Assembly (NCBI GenBank): GCA_012965045.1
Contig: DTSZ01000001.1
Location: forward strand, 348,937-412,936
Length of the DNA: 64,000 nt
Reading direction: 5' to 3'
Origin: Candidatus Saccharimonadota bacterium
Lineage (GTDB): Bacteria; Patescibacteriota; Saccharimonadia; Saccharimonadales; DTSZ01
Under the pieces are notes generated by a model that saw only the letters and a program-made list of their open reading frames with translations, had not been told where the DNA came from and searched no databases. A program made the translations under genes and the position numbers. Below, one piece after another: positions 53,908 through 63,342 of the stretch (its first letter is position 1; each line of letters starts with the position of its first letter).

Positions 53908-55503
53908 CTAGGCTGCAGCGATTTCCAAGCTGCTTTGTTCTAAATTAGTTTCGGCAACAATTTTGCCAAGTTCTTTGTAGCGAGCATTCTGTCTTTGCAT
54001 GTGTGCCGTAAACTGCTCTTTGGTCATTTTCGGTTTTTGTAAAACTTCATTCCACTTACGCTGAATAAGCCGAAAGCCGTTATGGAGTGCTCTTCTGTCT
54101 TCTAGCGTTAACGGATTACCGTCAATGTCTTTAAATTTTGTAAGATCGATCACAACCTGACGGGCTTTATTGCCATTGGCCTTCACCGCACCTACAGCCC
54201 CCGCAATTGCGGGAATACTTGATGTTCGGAAAAAATCAACGCCATCAAGCTTAACCACAGGGTCAAGATATCGGTCTTTTTGAGCCCGTAATTCGATAAC
54301 TATGTGCGTGGGGTCGCTACCGCCAATTAATTTAGTATGCTGCTCGTCATCGACGTCGAGCCTAACCTGTCCCATATGGAGCCAATCAGGTAAATGGTCG
54401 GGGCCAGTATAGGGGTTGGCGAAACTATACTCAGCATGAACCGGTCGCTGCTGAGCAACGATGGCATCAATAATTCTACTTGTAGTGTTTATAAAACCGT
54501 GGCGATTACCTGCTGCCCGCAGGTGCTCTTGGTGGTCTTCGTGGGCCACATATAATGTATCGCTCGGGTGGGCTTGATTCACATAATTAAAATCCGTATG
54601 CGACGAAGCTAGCGCAAATTTAATTTGCTGGTTTGCAAGGTCGGCAACAGTAAATCGAACTGGTTCTGCCCAGTTTTCGGCTTGTAAACGTGCTTGTGTG
54701 CGCTTCCATAAAACCGCTGCATCAATATTCGTAAACACCAACTGTTCGCCATAGGGTGTGTTGTGCATGTGCTGTATATGTTGCAGTGACTCTTGTATAT
54801 CATTTTTGGGGGCCGCCCAAATATACCCTTCTGAAGCAATGTAAAATCGGTCAATTTCCATAAAGCCATTCGGCTGGCAAAGTATACCCGTCTCTGTCTC
54901 TTCCTTAACGAGATCATCAAGAGTCATATCGATACCAACAAACCTATTACCTTCAACTAGCCCTATGTCACGCAAGTGGTCATAAAACCCACTTCGCTCA
55001 CCGTTTTCGCCAAGCACTTCGTCGTGATGATTGCCTTTGTGTTTTGGCTGAAATAAAATTTCGGTGTCATGCGAACCGAGTAAATGCGCTTCATCATGAA
55101 ACGCCATAACCATTACTTGTTGAGCGGAGCAGCCGTACTCAACCGCCGCAATTACCGAAGTTATTTGGTGCTGCGCTCGTGACCATCGGCCAATGTCAGG
55201 CTTTATACTACGTGCTTCTGTTTCACTAAGTTGGCGCGTACTCGAACTAAGCCCGCCGTACTTCCACAGTTCTACAATAAACTGCTCTGCAGCGTGCGCC
55301 CCTTCGCCAACTGACTGCTCATTTATAAACGACCCGTCGCCAATTGTGACAATGCGGTTAAAAACTGGCTCGTAAAACCCCAAGGTGTCATCGCCATAAT
55401 CAATGACATATGACTCATGCTCTGAAATACTAGCGACTTGCCCGCCACCATACTCACCAATTGGCGTCGTGTAGTACTCGACTGTCGAACCCTCGCGTCT
55501 CAT
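53908..55503 (-). CDS. HD-domain phosphohydrolase, dNTP-triphosphohydrolase-like (SAMHD1/COG1078-type motif arrangement)
   Basis: 531 aa. RWSRAQHQITSV followed by MAFHDEAHLLGSHDTE aligns residue-for-residue in pattern with R-x-x-H ... HD-x-x-H-x-x-x-SH-x-x-(D/E) of dGTPase/SAMHD1-like enzymes. About 105-aa unmatched N-terminal region. Confidence 0.5.
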   Translation of the reverse strand: MRREGSTVEYYTTPIGEYGGGQVASISEHESYVIDYGDDTLGFYEPVFNRIVTIGDGSFINEQSVGEGAHAAEQFIVELWKYGGLSSSTRQLSETEARSIKPDIGRWSRAQHQITSVIAAVEYGCSAQQVMVMAFHDEAHLLGSHDTEILFQPKHKGNHHDEVLGENGERSGFYDHLRDIGLVEGNRFVGIDMTLDDLVKEETETGILCQPNGFMEIDRFYIASEGYIWAAPKNDIQESLQHIQHMHNTPYGEQLVFTNIDAAVLWKRTQARLQAENWAEPVRFTVADLANQQIKFALASSHTDFNYVNQAHPSDTLYVAHEDHQEHLRAAGNRHGFINTTSRIIDAIVAQQRPVHAEYSFANPYTGPDHLPDWLHMGQVRLDVDDEQHTKLIGGSDPTHIVIELRAQKDRYLDPVVKLDGVDFFRTSSIPAIAGAVGAVKANGNKARQVVIDLTKFKDIDGNPLTLEDRRALHNGFRLIQRKWNEVLQKPKMTKEQFTAHMQRQNARYKELGKIVAETNLEQSSLEIAAA

Positions 55504-55565
55504 TATTTTAATTGTATATTATTTTTTCTAGAGTTTATTATTTTTCTGGTAGAATTATCAGCTAC

Positions 55566-55642
55566 GGGGCTATAGCTCAGCTGGCTAGAGCGCTTCGCTG
55601 GCAGCGAAGAGGTCTGGGGTTCGAATCCCCATAGCTCCACCA
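55566..55642 (+). tRNA. tRNA-Ala (anticodon GGC), CCA encoded
   Basis: Acceptor GGGGCTA/TAGCTCC with the G3-U70 identity pair, anticodon arm CTTCG-CTGGCAG-CGAAG and T arm TGGGG-TTCGAAT-CCCCA. Confidence 0.93.
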
Positions 55643-55686
55643 ATTCAGACTATTGTATTTTTCATACTTTATTGTATTATATCCTA

Positions 55687-56322
55687 ATGCCATCGACTAC
55701 TGTAACCACACCACAAGAACAGCTTATTATTGGGTCACCTGAACGTTTCTTCGTCGATCCATACACTGTTGTCGAAATAGGTCACGGCGAACATCCAATT
55801 TGGATAAATAATCCAAGCTTTTACGAAACTACCGCTAAATATATAGGGGTAGAGTCTTGGTTGCGCTGCACTAAAGAAATTGGTGATTTATTAGTTAAAG
55901 AGGCGCTTCAGCATCCTGCGGCTAAAGTGGGATTCCAAAAGATAAATGCTTCTCTAGAAGTCTATGACCCTACAACAGAACTTCCTTCAGGGTTAGCTCA
56001 CGAGGTGGTGCTTAGTAATGTTTTTACAGATCCACAAATCGCAGATAATTCTGAGCACACACAGCGGCTACTGCAAGAGGTGTCGCGTTTACTTGACCCA
56101 GATACTGGGATAGTTGTACTTCGAGAAACGCTAACACCAGAAATTATGAATATTGATGAATTTAGTTTATTTGCAGATAAAGCTGGATTAGAAGTAGCGG
56201 GGATAGAAAAAAATGGTGGAGAATTTTGGCTTGAATTAGAGAGACTTTACTGTGCTTCAGGGTACGGAGGGAAGAGAAATAGTTTCTACATGTTTTTACA
56301 AAACTCCAAGCAGCTCCTGTGA
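55687..56322 (+). CDS. hypothetical protein, weakly methyltransferase-like
   Basis: About 211 aa from the ATG at 55687. VVEIGHGEHP and HEVVLSNVFTDP loosely resemble class I SAM-methyltransferase motifs I and post-II, but the glycine loop is degenerate. Confidence 0.5.
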   Translation: MPSTTVTTPQEQLIIGSPERFFVDPYTVVEIGHGEHPIWINNPSFYETTAKYIGVESWLRCTKEIGDLLVKEALQHPAAKVGFQKINASLEVYDPTTELPSGLAHEVVLSNVFTDPQIADNSEHTQRLLQEVSRLLDPDTGIVVLRETLTPEIMNIDEFSLFADKAGLEVAGIEKNGGEFWLELERLYCASGYGGKRNSFYMFLQNSKQLL

Positions 56323-56443
56323 TCCCACCCAGAGAGCAATAATAAATAAAGCCCCCTGTTCACACGAACAGCGAGCCTCACACTGTCTTTAAGCATAACC
56401 AAAAAAAAGCTACGAGGCAATAAAATTTGCTTACGTGTCTGAA

Positions 56444-56479
56444 CTATACAGATTTTTACGATCGTCAATTTTTGTATAG
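56444..56479. repeat. copy C of the 36-nt palindromic intergenic element
   Basis: CTATACAGATTTTTACGATCGTCAATTTTTGTATAG has arms matching in 14 of 18 positions. It is followed by TAGCTGCGCGA, like copy B. Upstream TTCACACGAACA and CCTCACAC echo the C-rich units of copy B. Confidence 0.75.
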
Positions 56480-56615
56480 TAGCTGCGCGATTGTGGTTTG
56501 TTGATTTGGATTAATCGCGATGGAAAGTCTACTGCGTACGAATGATTATAGGGCTGTGATCTAGTAATTAACTAAATTTTACAGCTTATTTATATAAAGT
56601 GGTTATACTTAAAAC

Positions 56616-57320
56616 ATGGTTCTACTCTTACAGTTTAGAAGTGACGCTGCTGGTTGGCATGAACTTAAATGCTTTTGTGACGCACTGGAACTTCCTTACC
56701 ACCAAATTCAAACCGTGAACCTGCTCAACCCAAACACTGACTGGCAATTAGTACGAAAATTAGCTGCTCAATCAGACAAAATTATAATTGGCGGCAGCGG
56801 TGAAACAGGGTACGAGCATCCTGACCATGACCACTATTTTGCTATGCTCGACTCGTTCCGCCCGTTTTTAGCCGAACAAGTTGACAAAGGAAAACACATT
56901 TTTGGAGTATGCCTTGGCCATCAGATATTGGGTGACGTCTTTGGTGGCAATGTTCAACCCAGTCCCAAACACGAAGAAACTGGCACAGTTCAACTCGAAC
57001 AAAGTGCAGCAGCTCGCAATGACCCGTTATTTAGCGATCTACCAGAAACGTTTTTCGTTTCAACCGCTCATAAAACATCCGTTCTGTCTGTTCCCAACCA
57101 TGTTGAGGTGTTAGCAACTAATCACAACTCCCCGATTCAAGCTATGCGCTACAAAAACGCCTGGGGTGTTCAGTATCATCCAGAGCTCGATGATGAAAAA
57201 CTAACTTTTCGCCTAAAGCTGTACCAAAGCTATGTCCGGAACCAAATAGATGACGTAGAGCCAAAAGACTTTAGTGCTGCAAAAGAGGTGCTTAAACGCT
57301 TTATTCATCTCCCATTATAG
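56616..57320 (+). CDS. class I glutamine amidotransferase-like protein
   Basis: 234 aa with IFGVCLGHQILG (nucleophile elbow Cys) and VQYHPE (His/Glu of the triad). Confidence 0.85.
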   Translation: MVLLLQFRSDAAGWHELKCFCDALELPYHQIQTVNLLNPNTDWQLVRKLAAQSDKIIIGGSGETGYEHPDHDHYFAMLDSFRPFLAEQVDKGKHIFGVCLGHQILGDVFGGNVQPSPKHEETGTVQLEQSAAARNDPLFSDLPETFFVSTAHKTSVLSVPNHVEVLATNHNSPIQAMRYKNAWGVQYHPELDDEKLTFRLKLYQSYVRNQIDDVEPKDFSAAKEVLKRFIHLPL

Positions 57321-57825
57321 ATTGTTCGGCATCCGCAAGAGATCGTACTCCGATTGCTAAAACGCTGCGGTCAACAAACTTAATCTCGCGTGTAAAATGC
57401 TCGCCCTCAAGCGTAGCGGATAACCAACTGTGGGCATCATTGGCCTGAGCCTCAACCAGCAAGCCTGATCCTTCAGCTCGACGATGTGCAGCATCGATAT
57501 CCGTAACGAAAAAATCGACATGATCAACTGTGCCAATCTCGTCGCTTGATCCAGGGCGACGTTGCATTAATTTCACCACTTGTATGCCTCGCGCAAAACT
57601 TTCCGAAAACACCAAGCTAGCAATTTTTCTATCGTTAACTGTGCCTATATGCACCTGCTCCACTCCACCCCAAAACTCCATTATTGCTCTTAAAGAGCTG
57701 TGAAAATCGGAGCCGGCAACTTTCCAGCCTATAGCAGTCGGTTTTTCTAACAAGTCCCCGAGCTCTGTTTGGTCGACATCGTTAAAATATTTTTCTACAT
57801 GGCGTTCAAAACTATCTTTATGCAT
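57301..57825 (-). CDS. hypothetical protein, VOC (glyoxalase/bleomycin-resistance)-like
   Basis: 174 aa. VDHVDFFVTDIDAAHRRAEGSG resembles the VOC-family beta-alpha-beta motif. Weak call. Confidence 0.45.
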   Translation of the reverse strand: MHKDSFERHVEKYFNDVDQTELGDLLEKPTAIGWKVAGSDFHSSLRAIMEFWGGVEQVHIGTVNDRKIASLVFSESFARGIQVVKLMQRRPGSSDEIGTVDHVDFFVTDIDAAHRRAEGSGLLVEAQANDAHSWLSATLEGEHFTREIKFVDRSVLAIGVRSLADAEQSIMGDE

Positions 57826-59824
57826 GTATTTTCTCCAAAAATTCTTTAGCTGTTACTTCAGACACACCTAAGCTAGCGGCCTTTCTACGTTTACTTGCGC
57901 CTGGCTTTTCACCGACAACCAACATTGTCGTGTCTTTACTTACAGACGACTGGACTTCTCCGCCATTTTTTCGAACTAATTCAAAACCTTCTTCGCGGCC
58001 ATAGCCAGGTAGCGAACCAGTAATTACTACCTTTTGACCAGTCATGCTTCCTGTAGTTTGTTTATATGGCTGTGGCCAAACGTGGTTAGCCTTAAATTTC
58101 TCTAGCATAGCTATTGTTTGGTCGGCCGATAGCCATTCCTCAATTGAATGCGCAACCACTTCGCCAACGCCCTCTATTTCTTCTAACTCTTCGAAGCTTG
58201 CGTTCAGAAAGTTCTCTAACGTGCCGTATTTTTTGGCTAAATCAAGGGCGGTTTGTTTGCCAACGTGACGAATGCCAAGCCCAAAGATGAATCGTGCTAG
58301 TTCGGGGTTTTTCTTTTCAGCAATGGCGTCTATTAGCTGTTGGGCCGATTTTTCGGCAAAGCCTTCTAGGTTGTAGATATCAGTGTAAGTTAGGCTGTAA
58401 ATGTCAGCTAAATCGGTTGCCAAGTTTTGGTCTACCAACAGTTCTACAACTTTTTTGCCCATTCCATCAATGTCCAATGCACCCTTGCTGACAAAATGCT
58501 GCAAGCTGCGTTTAAAAATTTCTGGGTCGTTTAAATTCACTGCTCGCCACACGGCTTCACCGTCTTTTCTTTTAAACTCCAGCGGGTGATCAGCGAGGGC
58601 TTTTTGTATATCGTAGGGTTTTTCGCTGCCATCACGCAGACTTTCGATTGGTCGAACTACCTCTGGAATGATATCACCAGCTTTTTGAATAATTACCGTG
58701 TCACCAATACGAATATCTTTGCGAGCAATCTCGTCTTCGTTATGGAGCGTTGCACGCTGAACCGTACTGCCCGCTACCAAGACTGGTTCCATTATTGCTA
58801 CCGGTATGGCGGCCCCTGTGCGACCAATGCTAATAACAATGTCCATTATTTTTGTCGTAGCCTGTTCTGCTGGGTATTTATACGCGCAGGCTCCACGTGG
58901 AGCTTTGCCGACAACCCCAAAATCTACAAAAGCCTGTCGATCATTGACTGTCAATACTACCCCGTCAGTGTTATAGGGCAAGCCTGTGCGCTTTTGTTCC
59001 CTGTCGGTAATATAATCCTTAGCTTCGCGCGGGCTATTGCAAACGGTGGCGTATGTATTAGTAATAAACCCTAAGCTGTTGGTTACTTCATATTCTTGCT
59101 TCTTAGTTGTTATGTTGTCGTGAAAAACAGCGTATGGGTGAAACTTAAGCGGTCGGGCAGCTACTAGACTTGAGTCAAGCTGACGAATTGATCCTGCTGC
59201 GGTGTTCCGTGGATTCGCGTACTGCTCAAGGCCTGCCTGCTCGCGTTCCTTGTTAAGCCCTTCAAAGTCCTTATTTTCTAAAATAATTTCACCGCGCACT
59301 TCAAGCCTGCCTGTCAAAAAAACCGGATTAATAGTATCGCCTCGCAAACGGAGCGGAACTGTCTGGATAGTTTTTACATTTTGCGTTACATCCTCGCCGA
59401 CATATCCGTCACCTCTGGTAACAGCGGTGGTTAGTACACCGTCTTGGTAGATCAAAGCACAGGCTAAGCCGTCGAGCTTTAAGTCAGCTAAGACTTTTTT
59501 ATCCCAGTCAGGGTTTAGTTTCAGTAACCGTTCGTACCACTTGTCGAGCTCGTCAAAGTCAAACACATCATTTAAGCTAAGCATTCGCTGGCTGTGTTCA
59601 ACTTTACTAAAGCCTTCGGCTGGAGCACCGGCAACCCGTTGCGAAGGAGAGTCGGCTGTGATCAAATCAGGGTACTCGGCTTCTAGCTGGGTTAGCTCAT
59701 GCTTCAAGCCATCGGCTGCAGCCTCTGACATCGTCGACTTGTTTAGTACATGGTAGTTATACCGATAGTCGTTTATTTCCTTGCGCAGTTTTTCTAGTCG
59801 GGCTTTAGCTTCGCTTTTTTTCAT
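57818..59824 (-). CDS. ligA: NAD-dependent DNA ligase
   Basis: 668 aa with adenylation motif LKLDGLA, OB fold, Zn-finger region, HhH repeats (GIRHVG) and a C-terminal BRCT (VVITGSLPGY). Confidence 0.96.
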   Translation of the reverse strand: MKKSEAKARLEKLRKEINDYRYNYHVLNKSTMSEAAADGLKHELTQLEAEYPDLITADSPSQRVAGAPAEGFSKVEHSQRMLSLNDVFDFDELDKWYERLLKLNPDWDKKVLADLKLDGLACALIYQDGVLTTAVTRGDGYVGEDVTQNVKTIQTVPLRLRGDTINPVFLTGRLEVRGEIILENKDFEGLNKEREQAGLEQYANPRNTAAGSIRQLDSSLVAARPLKFHPYAVFHDNITTKKQEYEVTNSLGFITNTYATVCNSPREAKDYITDREQKRTGLPYNTDGVVLTVNDRQAFVDFGVVGKAPRGACAYKYPAEQATTKIMDIVISIGRTGAAIPVAIMEPVLVAGSTVQRATLHNEDEIARKDIRIGDTVIIQKAGDIIPEVVRPIESLRDGSEKPYDIQKALADHPLEFKRKDGEAVWRAVNLNDPEIFKRSLQHFVSKGALDIDGMGKKVVELLVDQNLATDLADIYSLTYTDIYNLEGFAEKSAQQLIDAIAEKKNPELARFIFGLGIRHVGKQTALDLAKKYGTLENFLNASFEELEEIEGVGEVVAHSIEEWLSADQTIAMLEKFKANHVWPQPYKQTTGSMTGQKVVITGSLPGYGREEGFELVRKNGGEVQSSVSKDTTMLVVGEKPGASKRRKAASLGVSEVTAKEFLEKIHA

Positions 59825-60674
59825 AGCTCAATAAATCTCTATATAACACAAATACGTAACTCCAAAACAACGGAACCAATACTGCAATTGAGTAGTTTGG
59901 TATTTGCAAACCAAACACCTCACGCCCCACTGCAAAAGCACCGACAACTGCCGCTACCAAAAGAGCTGAATATATAATTAAAAACACCGAAACTCGCCAC
60001 GTAACCTGAATCGTAAAGCCTTTAACTAGCTGTTTAGCAGCCTGCCATGCAGCCACCGGGCGGACATCGGGAATGGTAACAATTAAAAGAGACATCAACG
60101 TTGTGCTAAGCCAGTACATGCTTGGCAACGACAAAATAAACCACAGTATTCCAAAAGCGATTTGCTCCCACAGCAGTATGGCGATGTCGGAAGCAATGGC
60201 AATTTGAAAAATAAGTGCACCGAAAGCAAATGGCAGTATTTGGATAATTGTCAAAGACAATAACGTTATAAAGCCCATTATCTGGCTTGGACCATCAAAA
60301 AATGACGTTTGTACTTTTGGTTTTGGGTTTTCTCTCGCGGCTTCGCGCAATAAATGGATATACATCATGCTGATCAACAGTGCGACTATTACGCCAAAAT
60401 ATACTTGGGCATTGGTTTGTAGTATTTCGTCACTAATTACAAACACGATAAGTAATGAATGGGCAACAAAAAATATGCCAAACTGCCGCTTAATTGACCA
60501 CAATACCTTAACTGCCTCCCATGCAATTCGCCAAAACGGCAGTAATTTTAATTTTTTATAACGCTTGGCTTCTTTTTTTTGGCTTTTTTTGTGCTTTTGA
60601 TCTTGCTTAGCATCAGTCGTTTTACTCGATTTTTTAACAGCCTTTTTAGTTTTTGTAGTTTTTTTCTGTACCAC
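59805..60674 (-). CDS. hypothetical polytopic membrane protein with a lysine-rich N-terminus
   Basis: 289 aa. KKTTKTKKAVKKSSK N-tail followed by about six TM helices. No motif recognised. Confidence 0.6.
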   Translation of the reverse strand: MVQKKTTKTKKAVKKSSKTTDAKQDQKHKKSQKKEAKRYKKLKLLPFWRIAWEAVKVLWSIKRQFGIFFVAHSLLIVFVISDEILQTNAQVYFGVIVALLISMMYIHLLREAARENPKPKVQTSFFDGPSQIMGFITLLSLTIIQILPFAFGALIFQIAIASDIAILLWEQIAFGILWFILSLPSMYWLSTTLMSLLIVTIPDVRPVAAWQAAKQLVKGFTIQVTWRVSVFLIIYSALLVAAVVGAFAVGREVFGLQIPNYSIAVLVPLFWSYVFVLYRDLLSYEKKRS

Positions 60675-61567
60675 TACAATTGAGTTCCGGCTTGGTTAAT
60701 ACGCTCAATTCGTTTGGCAATCGGCGGGTGAGTGCTAAATAAGTTCGCAATAAAACCGGCGTTTTTGTCGGTCTTTTTAAGAGGGTTTTCAAAAAACATA
60801 TGAGCGGTTGCACTACTGCCGCTACTAGTCGGACGCGAATAACTGCCTATTTTTTGTAAGGCGCTGGCTAGTCCGTCCGGGTAACGAGTCATCATAACTC
60901 CTGATGCATCGGCCAAATATTCCCGTTGCCGCGACACAGCCATGCGGATTAAGCTCGCGACCATTGCAGCTAAAATTGACACCCCAATACCAATCAACAA
61001 CGTCACGCCATTATTATTTCTGTCTCGGCTACCGCCGCCCCACCATAAACTACGCAAAAAGAAGTCACTAATGAGCGAAATAACACTAAACATGCCAAAA
61101 ACTATAGTGGTAACTCGTATATCGTAGTTGGCGACGTGACTTAGTTCATGCGCCATAACACCTTCCAGCTCGCTGTCGCTTAACATATCAAGTAGACCTG
61201 TGGTGGCGGCCACACTGGCATGATCTGGATCTCGCCCGGTTGCAAAAGCATTAGGGGCTGGGTCGTTCATAATATAGACCTTAGGCATGGGCATGCCTGT
61301 AGCAATAGTGAGGTTTTCAACTGTTTTGTATAAACGAGGAGCGCTTGACGCGTCGACTTGCTTGGCTCTTGAAATACTTAGCGCAACTTTGTCGGCAGCG
61401 TAGTAATTAAACAGGGTGTAAATCACCGCACCAACACCAACAAAAAGCGTAATACTTGGACTGTCGTACAAAACAGAAATAACGTACCCTATTAGTATGA
61501 TTAGTCCAAATAAACCGAGGACTAAATACACCGTTTTACGTTTATTTTCTGCAATCTTAGAATACAT
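60674..61567 (-). CDS. htpX: zinc metalloprotease HtpX (M48 family)
   Basis: 297 aa with HELSHVANYD (HExxH), a downstream EYLAD, and four TM segments. Confidence 0.92.
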   Translation of the reverse strand: MYSKIAENKRKTVYLVLGLFGLIILIGYVISVLYDSPSITLFVGVGAVIYTLFNYYAADKVALSISRAKQVDASSAPRLYKTVENLTIATGMPMPKVYIMNDPAPNAFATGRDPDHASVAATTGLLDMLSDSELEGVMAHELSHVANYDIRVTTIVFGMFSVISLISDFFLRSLWWGGGSRDRNNNGVTLLIGIGVSILAAMVASLIRMAVSRQREYLADASGVMMTRYPDGLASALQKIGSYSRPTSSGSSATAHMFFENPLKKTDKNAGFIANLFSTHPPIAKRIERINQAGTQL

Positions 61568-61605
61568 ATCTAAAATTTACCCCTGTCCTGTTGCAATGAA
61601 AAATA

Positions 61606-62163
61606 TTAGAAAGAAACTTGAACGTTTTGTTTTTCTACTTCGTTCTCGACTTCAAAGAATTCTCGTTCAGTAAAACCTAATGAACGTGCGAATAAATTTG
61701 TAGGAAACACTTTGATCTTAATGTTTAAGTCACGCGCAGCGCCATTGTAAAAGCGGCGAGATGCTTGAATTTTGTTTTCTGTATCACTTAGTTCGCTTTG
61801 TAGCGCCAAGAAGTTTTGGTCTGACTTAAGCTGTGGGTAAGCCTCAGCAACTGCAAACAGGCTTTTTAATGCTCCGGTAAACATGTTTTCTGCCTGAGCT
61901 TGCTCGGCTGGACTACCAGTAGCGTTAATAGCATTCGCTCGGGCTTTAGTTACGTTTTCAAAAACTTCTTTTTCTTGTTTAGCAAAACCTTTAACGGTGC
62001 TGACCAAGTTTGGGATCAAGTCGTAGCGTCGCTTTAGTTGTACCGAAATATCACTCCACGCTTCGTCTACGCGGACGTTTGACTTCACAAGACCGTTATA
62101 CACACCGATCAGCCACAGCACTAGCGCACCAGCGACTATAAGCAAAACAATTAATACTGTCAT
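61606..62163 (-). CDS. lemA: LemA-family protein
   Basis: 185 aa. N-terminal TM, then QLKRRYDLIPNLV and ASRRFYN, typical LemA motifs. The htpX-like gene downstream is a common pairing. Confidence 0.9.
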   Translation of the reverse strand: MTVLIVLLIVAGALVLWLIGVYNGLVKSNVRVDEAWSDISVQLKRRYDLIPNLVSTVKGFAKQEKEVFENVTKARANAINATGSPAEQAQAENMFTGALKSLFAVAEAYPQLKSDQNFLALQSELSDTENKIQASRRFYNGAARDLNIKIKVFPTNLFARSLGFTEREFFEVENEVEKQNVQVSF

Positions 62164-62223
62164 TACATACCTCTTTTTAATTGTTTACATTTTAACAAAT
62201 TTTATAGCTAAAGTGGTAGCGGC

Positions 62224-62883
62224 TTATTTTGCGTCGCCAGTATCTGGAAGTTCAGCTTCTTCTTCTGGTTCAGATTCGGTATCAACCGGTTCTGGCTCAA
62301 CACAGTCTGGGTCGTCGGCAGTAAGTATGTCGCTGTACGGGCAAGGCTCTGGCTTAACACAGTCTGGGTCTGTGCTTAGTATGGTGGCATTGTATTGACA
62401 CGGTGGAGCTTCTTCAACTTGCGGAGTAATACAATCTGGGCTATCGGCTGCTAGTGTTGCGTCAAATTCACACGGTTCAAAACAATTAGGGTCGTCAGCT
62501 TCAAGACTTGCATTAAATTCACAAGTTTCAACCTCAACACAGTCGGGGTCGTCGGCTAGTAGCGTGGCGTCATACTCACAAACCTCTTGCTGCACAACCG
62601 GCGGTGTTGTTGGTTCTGGCTCTGGCTCACCTCTATTCATCAATAAGAGCGTTCCAAGACCACCGATAATCACCAGCGCAGCAATTGCTCCAACTATCCA
62701 CCATAATTTCGAGCTGCTTTGTGGCGCCTGTACTGGTTCTGGCTGAGAAACAACCGGTGCAGGAGGTACAGGTGGTTCTTGAGAAGGCGGCACAAAATCC
62801 TCAGCATGCGCTAAGTCTACGTGTGCGCTTGATAATGCATTGTTTTTTTGAACGGCTTTAGTTGCCGCTATATCACCATTCAC
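62224..62883 (-). CDS. anchored protein with five tandem 14-aa Cys-bounded repeats
   Basis: 219 aa. Pro-rich N-region, one TM (LWWIVGAIAALVIIGGLGTLLL), then 5 x C-x-(Y/F)-x3-(L/I)-x2-(D/T)-(D/S)-P-(D/N)-C. Acidic C-terminus ending ELPDTGDAK. Confidence 0.6.
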   Translation of the reverse strand: MNGDIAATKAVQKNNALSSAHVDLAHAEDFVPPSQEPPVPPAPVVSQPEPVQAPQSSSKLWWIVGAIAALVIIGGLGTLLLMNRGEPEPEPTTPPVVQQEVCEYDATLLADDPDCVEVETCEFNASLEADDPNCFEPCEFDATLAADSPDCITPQVEEAPPCQYNATILSTDPDCVKPEPCPYSDILTADDPDCVEPEPVDTESEPEEEAELPDTGDAK

Positions 62884-62967
62884 TTTTTTAATTTTCCTCT
62901 GTTTTTGTCTCTCGCGTTTTTGATTTTATGCGATTACAAATATTTAACCATAAACTCTATGGTAAAA

Positions 62968-63342
62968 TCAATCGTCTTTGTCAAAAAACATAAAGTGAAC
63001 CATAGCTGCCTTGCCCAAAAGGCCAGACACTCTTCGACCAACTACCCCTGCAACCCATTCTGCGCTCGATTTTGCAGACTCGGTTACGCCCTGTCTAACA
63101 GTAGTAATCATACCCCCAGCCGAGGCTAATATTTCTTGTTTTGTGCGACGTCTTAGCTCTTGCTTGATTAGCTCTATGCTTGCTTCTGCCAGTACCAACT
63201 CGTGGGCGGTGGGATTTTCTTCGTCATAAATTCTGAGCTGATCGTGTGCAAGCTGCTCAAGATCAGTTTTTGGCATTTCCGAAAAAGGAGGCACAGCAAG
63301 CATAGGGTTATTGGTAGCAACCGGCTGTTCTGCTGTAGACAT
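62968..63342 (-). CDS. hypothetical protein (124 aa)
   Basis: ORF with an AGAGGT Shine-Dalgarno upstream. No motif recognised. Confidence 0.5.
   Translation of the reverse strand: MSTAEQPVATNNPMLAVPPFSEMPKTDLEQLAHDQLRIYDEENPTAHELVLAEASIELIKQELRRRTKQEILASAGGMITTVRQGVTESAKSSAEWVAGVVGRRVSGLLGKAAMVHFMFFDKDD

Noticed and set aside
62224-62250. C-terminal LPDTG as a sortase sorting signal
   Set aside because: The motif is followed by only DAK and the stop. The hydrophobic segment and positive tail required for a canonical LPXTG signal are absent, and the protein already has an N-terminal TM anchor.
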